Origin: Promethearchaeota archaeon
Lineage (GTDB): Archaea; Asgardarchaeota; Lokiarchaeia; Sigyniarchaeales; SOKP01
DNA: 64,000 bases
Assembly (NCBI GenBank): GCA_048940645.1
Contig: JBHLOI010000011.1
Location: forward strand, 18,204-82,203
Reading direction: 5' to 3'
Positions 56,720 through 64,000 of this stretch are shown here, piece by piece. Numbering within the stretch: the stretch's first letter is position 1; each line of letters starts with the position of its first letter. The notes beneath the pieces are model-generated. The model was not told the origin of the DNA and searched no databases. It was given only the letters and a program-made list of their open reading frames with translations. The position numbers and the translations under genes were made by a program.

Positions 56720-58804
56720 CTATTTTTCTCCTTTCGTCTCCTTAACTTTGGCAAAAATGCCCATTGGAACCTCAATAAATAAAGGACGGTTTGTTCCTTG
56801 GTTTATCTGATTATTTAAAACACCTTCTTCACGAAAAATTCGATTAATAAGAGGTGTACATGTTTTACCTCCACAAGCACCCATTCCAGCTTTTGTCAAA
56901 GCTTTTAGTTCGTTAAAATCTCTTACACCATATCGAATCCATTTCCGTATTTCTCCAACGCTCACTCTCTCGCAACGACATATAATAATATCATCATCCG
57001 TAAGAGGAGTCTGATAATAATCTATAGGTTGGTTATAATATGCCTTTTCTAGTTTGATGCCCACAGCTTTCTTAGCTATTATTGAGGGTAAAGTAACAGT
57101 AATAAGTTGTGTTCTAGGAAATTCTGGTAATATCCGTGATCGTACTATTTCAAATTCTCCTAATTCTTCTTCATTGCCAACCACAACGACTATTTGTCCT
57201 TTTTCGATTTTTTTATCACTTAATTCAAGTGGAAAGGTAACTCGTGGGTTATTTTTATCTTTTCTATAATCAACTAAAGTTACTGCTAAGCCTGGGCACA
57301 CCGCAACACAATTTCCACACCCTATACATTCTTTCTCATCTTTGAAATAAGGTAATTGAGTGATAAGGTTATCTATCGTTTCTATTTGTTCTTGAGGACA
57401 TACGGTTGTACAAGGATTACAAGGAATTTCTTGATTACAGTGAAATAATGGAAAAATTCCTTCTTCCATAGAAATAACTTCAGTCTTAATTGGTGAAGGA
57501 GGTTTTGCTTTCATTATATTAGCAAAATTTTGCAGTTTATCTATGTCTTCATCGAAATCTATTTTCATTTCTTTCAAGATTTTCAAGGCTTCAATTCTGC
57601 CAGTAAAAATTGCTGTTGATGCTTCCGCGATCTCTTGGGCATCACCAGCCACCCACACTTTCATGTTAAATTCTTTAGCCTTTTGATAAAACTCGTCTAC
57701 TGAATTTAAACCAACAGCAATGAGTATTGTGTCACATATAAAGGTTTGTTCAGATCCTTTGATGATATTATTATCTTTATCTAATTTCCCAATGGTAATT
57801 GATTCAACTTTATTATTTCCATTTGCAGAAATTACTGTATAATTTGTGTAGATTGGAACACCCATCCTTCTAAGTTTATCTTCATGTACTTTGTATCCTC
57901 CACATTGAGATAATGCTTCAACTAATCCCACAACTTCTATTCCTGCTTGAATAGCATGATAACCTGTGATTAAACCAACATTACCTCCTCCTACAATAAA
58001 TATCTTATTAGCTGATTTCACTAAGTCTCTATTTACTAACGTTTGGAAAGCACCAGCACCGTAAACTCCTGGAAGTGTATTACCAGGAAACACTAACATT
58101 TTTTCTCTAGCACCAGTCGCCACTAGAAGATATTTTGGTTTTACCATTGCATATTCTACATTATTTCTTAAAATTCCTACAATCCCATCGCTAAAAACAG
58201 CTATAACTGTACTATTTAACCACACATTTACTGTTTTCAATTCCATGACAGAAGTTCCAAGAATTTCTGCTATTTCGATCCCCCTCTTACCTGCATAAAC
58301 ATCTTTTTGTGAGCCAAAAAATTTATGTGTTTGAAGAACAAGTTTTCCTCCTAAATGATCTTTATCATCAACAAGAATTACATTAAGACCATAATCTCCT
58401 AATATTTTAGTAGCTGATAATCCAGCTGGACCTGCGCCTATAACAAGAACATTTGCTTCAATAATTTCCGGATCTCCAATCTCCACAGGATTATCAAGAG
58501 GAGGTAAGTCTGGGAGCCCATTGCAACTTTCTATAATCATTCCTTCTTTAAGGGGCGTCATACATGCTTTAACAGGGATGTCATTTGCAATCACATTGCA
58601 TTGTGAACATTGACCATTTGCGCAGAAAATACCTTGAGGGCTTCCATCCTTTACATGATGACCAAAAATTCTTATTTTATTGAGAAAAAGAGCGGAGGAT
58701 ATAACCATTCCCTCAAAACCTGTTAATTCTCTCCCGTTGAATTTAAAATTTATTTTCTTTCTAATAGGTATTTGTAAGATGGGATGTTTAGTTAAATTCT
58801 CCAT
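56720..58804 (-). CDS. Fused 2Fe-2S/FAD/4Fe-4S/BFD oxidoreductase, proline dehydrogenase alpha-type
   Basis: CANGQCSQC, GAGPAG, ATGARE, CNPCTTVCP, CIGCGNCVAVCP, CRCE...GMGACGGKTC. Confidence 0.88.
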   Translation of the reverse strand: MENLTKHPILQIPIRKKINFKFNGRELTGFEGMVISSALFLNKIRIFGHHVKDGSPQGIFCANGQCSQCNVIANDIPVKACMTPLKEGMIIESCNGLPDLPPLDNPVEIGDPEIIEANVLVIGAGPAGLSATKILGDYGLNVILVDDKDHLGGKLVLQTHKFFGSQKDVYAGKRGIEIAEILGTSVMELKTVNVWLNSTVIAVFSDGIVGILRNNVEYAMVKPKYLLVATGAREKMLVFPGNTLPGVYGAGAFQTLVNRDLVKSANKIFIVGGGNVGLITGYHAIQAGIEVVGLVEALSQCGGYKVHEDKLRRMGVPIYTNYTVISANGNNKVESITIGKLDKDNNIIKGSEQTFICDTILIAVGLNSVDEFYQKAKEFNMKVWVAGDAQEIAEASTAIFTGRIEALKILKEMKIDFDEDIDKLQNFANIMKAKPPSPIKTEVISMEEGIFPLFHCNQEIPCNPCTTVCPQEQIETIDNLITQLPYFKDEKECIGCGNCVAVCPGLAVTLVDYRKDKNNPRVTFPLELSDKKIEKGQIVVVVGNEEELGEFEIVRSRILPEFPRTQLITVTLPSIIAKKAVGIKLEKAYYNQPIDYYQTPLTDDDIIICRCERVSVGEIRKWIRYGVRDFNELKALTKAGMGACGGKTCTPLINRIFREEGVLNNQINQGTNRPLFIEVPMGIFAKVKETKGEK

Positions 58805-58845
58805 TTGGATTCATGGGTTTTTTTAAGTTTTTTTTTAAGTTAATT

Positions 58846-61026
58846 TTATTGATATTGTTTAATAATCCTAATGATATCATCAAAATCAATACCTAATTCT
58901 CTGATTTTTTCAATTTTAGGACAGCCTTTTTCATTCCATCCTCTTTCTTTATATACAGCGTTTTGTAACTTCTCATATTGTTCCTCACGATGTTGGCGCA
59001 AAATTTTTATTTTCTCTTTAGTAGATTTAGTAGAGATATCTTCTCCTAATTCAATAAGTTGTTTATCGTATCTTTCTTTACGGCTTTCGTATTCGAGGGG
59101 AGTGACTGGCCCCATAGCTCTATAAGGAAAATTTGAGTCATGTTTTCGAAGGCCTTTACCTTGTCTAATATTAAATATTCGCTGTAAATTATAGACTCTC
59201 TCAGACATATTGATTAAATCATCTGGAGTCGATTTAAATCCTGTAACAGCAGAAAAGTATTTAGCATACCATTCAACATGGTCAGGAACTTTTGCACGAA
59301 CTAACTCTCCGGTTTTAGGATCTTTAATTGGATAGTCTGCTTGGCTTTCTGGCTGGATATCATTCCAAGGTAATTTACAGAGTCCACAAAGGCTGAACCA
59401 AGTACGCCACAGAGGAAACCAACGCAATGCTTTCGCTTTATCTTCAAATGTGGGAATAGATTGTCTTATAACATCTTCAAAAATTAACCATGCCTCATCA
59501 TGCTGAGGTCCCTTATTTGTAAGACCATATCCTCCTTGTTGTGATAGTGATTCCTTAGTAACATATTCAGAAAATTCTAATCCCTTATGTTCCATCCCTA
59601 TATCTTGGACAAATTGAGGATTTGCATTATAATTTTCAGTAAAGATTCTTTTCATTTCTTTTATTCCTTGTCCTACAACAACTCCAAAACCTTCCCCTCT
59701 AGCCATCTGATGTATTAATTCTATGGCTTCTTTAGCATTACCAAAATTGAGATCTAATCCTCCAGTAATATCTTTATTTAATATCCCTGCTTCATAGCAC
59801 TCCATAACAAAAGCAATTCCAGTTCCAACCGAGATTGTATCAAGACCATAAGTATCACAGTAGAAATTTGTCTCCAAAACCCATTTAGGATCCCATACAC
59901 CCCAATTAGAACCAACACCAGCGATCGTTTCATACTCGGGTCCATCTACTATAACTTTTTTTCCTTTGAATGGACCTGTCATGACTTCATAATCTTCAGA
60001 ATAATGAGAGCAGCTAACGGTACAACCAATCCAACATCCGTCTGCACCTTCTTTTCCTGAATATATGTTTTTCCAGACGTCTCGAGCAAAAGGAATATCT
60101 TTTCCTGATATTTCTTTATGCGCTCCAAATCTAAAATTTTCAGTAGGTAAGAGATCGGCAGCATTCATTATATCTGGTAAATGACCTGTGCCAACTCTCC
60201 TCATTTCATTCTGATGAGCATCAAGTTTCATTACCTCTTGAGTATGTTTTATTCCAGTTTGTCGGGCTGCTTCTAAATCAGCAGGATTATTGGAATTAAC
60301 TGTTGTTTTAGGAGAATGACATACTAATGCTTTTATTCTTTTATCTGTAAAAACAGTTCCAATTCCTCCTCTTCCTGCTTGCTTACAAGATGCCCAATTT
60401 CTTCCTCTTACAAACCAAGAAAAATTTAACATGCCCCACTTAGTGTATTTTGCAGCAGGACCTGTACTTACAACTGAAACACGCTGCTTTTCATTATTAT
60501 CTTCTGCATATTTCTCTGTAAGTTGCTGAGTAAGTTCATGAGAAAAACTTGATAGATTGTCTTCATCCTCAACAGATTCTATTTGTACAACACGATTAAT
60601 ACCATCAATAAAAATAATTACTTCTTTTTCTGCTTTTCCTTGAATTTCAATCGCATCAAACCCAGAAAATTTCAAATAGGGTCCAAAATAACCACCAACA
60701 TTGCTGTCAACAATTATACCTGTCAAGGGGGAAATTGAAGTTACTATTGATTTACCTGATCCTGGATAAAAAATACTTCCGCCTAATGGACCGGAAGAAA
60801 TACAAATTTCATTTTTAGGGTCATCCCATTTAACCTTTTTGTCTTTCGGAAGAGAGTTCCACATGAGCCATAAATCAAAACCTTTACCACCGATGAACTT
60901 TTCCTTCATCTCATCAGAAACAGGTTTTATAGTAATTTGATTTTTAGAAAGATCAATATACAAGGTTCTATTAGCATAACCCTTTTGAACTTCGTGAATT
61001 TCATATTTCTTCTCTGCTATAATCAT
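58846..61026 (-). CDS. aor: Tungsten-dependent aldehyde:ferredoxin oxidoreductase
   Basis: FIGGKG, SPLTG, DSNVGG, AGRGGIG, GPEYET, DTYGLDTIS, ERGW...GCP. Confidence 0.92.
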   Translation of the reverse strand: MIIAEKKYEIHEVQKGYANRTLYIDLSKNQITIKPVSDEMKEKFIGGKGFDLWLMWNSLPKDKKVKWDDPKNEICISSGPLGGSIFYPGSGKSIVTSISPLTGIIVDSNVGGYFGPYLKFSGFDAIEIQGKAEKEVIIFIDGINRVVQIESVEDEDNLSSFSHELTQQLTEKYAEDNNEKQRVSVVSTGPAAKYTKWGMLNFSWFVRGRNWASCKQAGRGGIGTVFTDKRIKALVCHSPKTTVNSNNPADLEAARQTGIKHTQEVMKLDAHQNEMRRVGTGHLPDIMNAADLLPTENFRFGAHKEISGKDIPFARDVWKNIYSGKEGADGCWIGCTVSCSHYSEDYEVMTGPFKGKKVIVDGPEYETIAGVGSNWGVWDPKWVLETNFYCDTYGLDTISVGTGIAFVMECYEAGILNKDITGGLDLNFGNAKEAIELIHQMARGEGFGVVVGQGIKEMKRIFTENYNANPQFVQDIGMEHKGLEFSEYVTKESLSQQGGYGLTNKGPQHDEAWLIFEDVIRQSIPTFEDKAKALRWFPLWRTWFSLCGLCKLPWNDIQPESQADYPIKDPKTGELVRAKVPDHVEWYAKYFSAVTGFKSTPDDLINMSERVYNLQRIFNIRQGKGLRKHDSNFPYRAMGPVTPLEYESRKERYDKQLIELGEDISTKSTKEKIKILRQHREEQYEKLQNAVYKERGWNEKGCPKIEKIRELGIDFDDIIRIIKQYQ

Positions 61027-61181
61027 AGAATTTCATTCCTTAAAGTTCTAATTGTTATATTAAAAACATAATTTTGAACTATGATGGTTTAATGAGACTT
61101 TAGAATTAAATATTATTTAAATAAATTTAAAAAAGAAATATAAAAATAGATTTACGATATTTTACTCTGATTAGGATTGTT

Positions 61182-61745
61182 TTAAATCATACTAGCTAAC
61201 TCTTTAGCCCATTTACGAATCTCATCCCAATTTCTTGAATCGTATACTCCTGGCTTTGTTTCTTTAATTCCTGCAGGGATGAAATTTTCTTTTTCTTCAT
61301 CTAAGGCTTTTCTAGAAAATTTACCCATCTGATTATAATCCCAGATACCTCCAAACATGGTCATTGATATTGGATTCAAATCATATTTAGAAGCTTTATC
61401 TTCAAGGTATTTTTTTGTAATTCTATCAATTTCATCATGCTCTCCCTTATATTCTAGGAGAGCTCGTGCACCTGACGACACAAAAATAGCCACTTTCTTT
61501 TTCCTGAGCTCACCACTGAACTTGTTTAAAAATGCTTTAGCCTTACTAGTCCACATATTAATTCTCATTCCGCTCCCAATAATAACAACCTCAAATTCTG
61601 AGATATTTTTAACTTTTTCTTCTTTGAGATTAACCACTTTTACCTCAAATCCTTCACCTTGAAGAACTTTGGCAATTTCTTCTGAGGTACTAGCTGTCGC
61701 TCCATAACGAGTACCATATGCTATTAAAATTTTGGTTTTTTCCAT
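61182..61745 (-). CDS. Flavodoxin-domain (HemG-like) protein
   Basis: IAYGTRYGAT, VIIGSG, DSRNWDEIRKWA. Confidence 0.85.
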   Translation of the reverse strand: MEKTKILIAYGTRYGATASTSEEIAKVLQGEGFEVKVVNLKEEKVKNISEFEVVIIGSGMRINMWTSKAKAFLNKFSGELRKKKVAIFVSSGARALLEYKGEHDEIDRITKKYLEDKASKYDLNPISMTMFGGIWDYNQMGKFSRKALDEEKENFIPAGIKETKPGVYDSRNWDEIRKWAKELASMI

Positions 61746-61795
61746 TTTTTATCTCTCTTTTTATACACCAATACATCTTTCAATTAGTTGAAATT

Positions 61796-63136
61796 TTATT
61801 TTAAAAATTCTATTATAAAATCATCAAGCACTTCTTCTATAGTCGGACTTTTTATGGCTTCGATATCATAGCTTACTCTTACAATTGGTTTATTACTTTT
61901 TATTAATTTTTCAAGATCTATTGGACTGCCATCAATAATAACTTCAGCTTCCGCATTATTCAGTGTTTCCTCCATATCCTTAATTTGTTGATCATTATAT
62001 CCCATTGCTGGAATTATTTCAGTAATTTGAGGAAATTCTTCAAATAAATCTTTCATTGTTCCAGTAAGATAAGGTCGGGGATCAACTATGATTGCTCCGT
62101 TATTTTTTGCAGCAACGTACCCCGCTCCATACGCCATATTTCCATGTGTTAGAGTAGGGCCATCTTCTACAACGATTACCCTTTTACCATTGATTTTATG
62201 AGTATTATCAACCATTACTATTGAATTAGTATAAATTTTTATTGCATTTGGATTGAGTTTATTTAAATTTTCTTCGACTATTTTAACATCCTCAGGTTTC
62301 GCACTATTCATTTTATTGATAACAAAAGCATCAGCATATTTTGCATTGACCTCTCCGGGATGATATTTAACTTCATGGCCAGGTCTTAATGGATCAACGA
62401 CAATAAAGAGTAAATCAGTAACATAGAATGAAATTTCATTATTTCCGCCATCAAAAATTATTATATCTGCCTCTTTTTCAGCTTCTCTAATGATTTTTTC
62501 ATAATCAACTCCTGAATAGATTACTAAACCTTGCTCAATATAAGGCTCGTATTCTTCCCGCTCTTCAATTGTACAATCATATTTATCTAAATCTTCATAT
62601 TTTTCAAAACGCATGACATTTTGTTTAACCAAATCACCGTAAGGCATTGGTTCTCGTATAGCAACTACTCGGTAACCTTTACTTTTTAAATATCTATAGG
62701 TGGCTCGAGAAACCTGACTTTTTCCACAACCTGTTCTTACAGCACAAATAGCAACTACAGGTTTATTAGCTTTAATTTGAGTGAACTTTCCAGAGATTAA
62801 CCGGTAATTAGCTCCCGCACTAAGAACTCTTGATGCCTTATGCATAACTTCTTCATGAGATACATCAGAATAAGCGAATACAACCTCATCTACTTCATAT
62901 TTCTTTATAAAATCTTCAAGTAGATCTTCTGATACCATTGGAATTCCATCCGGATATAAATCTCCCGCTAATTCTGCGGGAAATTTTCTTTCGGCCTCTT
63001 CTGTAGTACCAATGTTTTGTTCTCCTGCAATGGTAAATGCTATAACTTCATATTCGTCATTGTTTTTAAAAACAGTGTTATAAACATGAAAATCGTAACC
63101 TAACGCACCTATAATAACTACTTTCTTTCTCTTCAT
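61796..63136 (-). CDS. cDPGS-related P-loop synthetase, likely arginine synthetase (ArcE-type)
   Basis: GALGYDFH...EVIAFT...PAELAGDLYPDGIP, AVRTGCGKS, PMPYGDL, TIEEREEYEP, DGGNN, EDGPTLTHG; arginine-catabolism neighbourhood. Confidence 0.7.
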   Translation of the reverse strand: MKRKKVVIIGALGYDFHVYNTVFKNNDEYEVIAFTIAGEQNIGTTEEAERKFPAELAGDLYPDGIPMVSEDLLEDFIKKYEVDEVVFAYSDVSHEEVMHKASRVLSAGANYRLISGKFTQIKANKPVVAICAVRTGCGKSQVSRATYRYLKSKGYRVVAIREPMPYGDLVKQNVMRFEKYEDLDKYDCTIEEREEYEPYIEQGLVIYSGVDYEKIIREAEKEADIIIFDGGNNEISFYVTDLLFIVVDPLRPGHEVKYHPGEVNAKYADAFVINKMNSAKPEDVKIVEENLNKLNPNAIKIYTNSIVMVDNTHKINGKRVIVVEDGPTLTHGNMAYGAGYVAAKNNGAIIVDPRPYLTGTMKDLFEEFPQITEIIPAMGYNDQQIKDMEETLNNAEAEVIIDGSPIDLEKLIKSNKPIVRVSYDIEAIKSPTIEEVLDDFIIEFLK

Positions 63137-63532
63137 AAATGTAAACCTTTCTCATAGTATTCTTTCGTTTATCATATTATTAAATTTGAGATTTGTTATA
63201 ATAGTTTTTAAAAGTACTATGGGAATAACAACCCATTATTAAACCATTTAGGTTCAATCTTATACGAATTACATGTTTCTATATACAAGGAATTTAGTTT
63301 AATTTTAGAAGAGATCAGCATCCTTAGATAAGATAAATATAGATTTAAAGGAATAATGTTTGTAACGATGAATGATTTTGTTATTATCAATGGGGAGAAC
63401 ACTCAAATAATTGAATATTAGATGCAAATTAATTTATAATTTGTATTAATAACAATTTTGGATTCCCAAATTCTAAAAAAATAAATCAAATTCTATTCGA
63501 ACGAAATATCGTTGAAATTATTAATGTCAGAT

Positions 63533-64000
63533 TTACAATTTTCCTCCATATACAGGGAACATGCTAGCCTTTCCATAGTCTTTGATTTGGTCCACATTTT
63601 TTAAGAATTCCATATCCTCTTCAGAAATTACAAAATTCACATCTGCATTGTTTTTCATATGTGCCGGATTTGCAGTTTTAGGTAATGGAAGAAGGCCAAG
63701 CTGAAGGTCATAACGAATTGACAATTGCGGCACTGAAACACCATATTTCTCAGCAGTTTTTATAACTTCTTGATTTTTCATTAATTCTCCATGTGCAATT
63801 GGGGAATAGGCCTCTACAAGAATGCCCTTTTCTTGACAATATTGAATGAGCTCTTTAGGTGTGTTGCTTATATGCGCTAAAATCTGATTTACCATTGGTT
63901 TTACAGAGCAGAATTCAAGGATGTTATCGATGTCTGCTTTTTCAAAGTTCGAAAGACCAATGGCACGAAGTTTTCCGTCATTATATGCTTCTTCAAGAGC
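63533..64000 (-). CDS. Aldo/keto reductase, C-terminal part (5' truncated by window)
   Basis: Frame open to window end: GKLRAIGLSNF...PMVNQ, EAYSPI, LPKT. Confidence 0.9.
   Translation of the reverse strand, partial: ALEEAYNDGKLRAIGLSNFEKADIDNILEFCSVKPMVNQILAHISNTPKELIQYCQEKGILVEAYSPIAHGELMKNQEVIKTAEKYGVSVPQLSIRYDLQLGLLPLPKTANPAHMKNNADVNFVISEEDMEFLKNVDQIKDYGKASMFPVYGGKL

Noticed and set aside
61796-63136. Annotation as cyclic 2,3-diphosphoglycerate synthetase or generic GTPase
   Set aside because: No 2-phosphoglycerate kinase is nearby, and the OTCase/carbamate kinase/rocD context favours the arginine synthetase subfamily.
1-64000. CRISPR array, tRNA or rRNA genes
   Set aside because: No regularly spaced repeats or GC-rich structured RNA-like segments were seen; the recurring T6C-TATA is irregular and gene-linked.

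Overview
AT-rich archaeal DNA, most likely an Asgard archaeon (Lokiarchaeia-like), judged from a Rab-like GTPase, a Roadblock/MglA pair, a TPR-RING protein, TFB, RadA, FEN1, Hef and Hel308. The flanks (1-9.9 kb and 52.8-64 kb) hold amino-acid fermentation genes: two aldehyde:ferredoxin oxidoreductases, ornithine aminotransferase, carbamate kinase, ornithine carbamoyltransferase, an ArcE/cDPGS-family synthetase and proline-dehydrogenase-like subunits. Between carbamate kinase and OTCase lies a ~40 kb block (about 10.0-51 kb). It encodes divergent DNA recombination/processing proteins (RadA with an extra HhH, RadB-like, RPA, FEN1, Hel308+SWIM, Hef), a membrane VirB4/HerA(CedB)-like protein with dead Walker motifs, a membrane-anchored HhH protein, a small two-TM pilin/CedA1-like protein, an MglAB-like module, envelope-modifying enzymes and several microproteins. 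The main signal is that over 20 transcription units in this block share one upstream element, T5-6-C-TTTAWAWA: a TATA box preceded by a pyrimidine tract where the purine-rich archaeal BRE should be. In eight cases the first T after the C lies 29-31 nt before the start codon (six at exactly 29). The block also encodes a divergent TFB whose BRE-recognition helix is rewritten, plus a second truncated TFB-like HTH protein. My inference is a sigma-factor-like alternative-TFB regulon controlling a DNA transfer/recombination or differentiation programme. No integrase, tRNA, rRNA or CRISPR array was seen. All family calls come from motif recognition by eye, not database searches.
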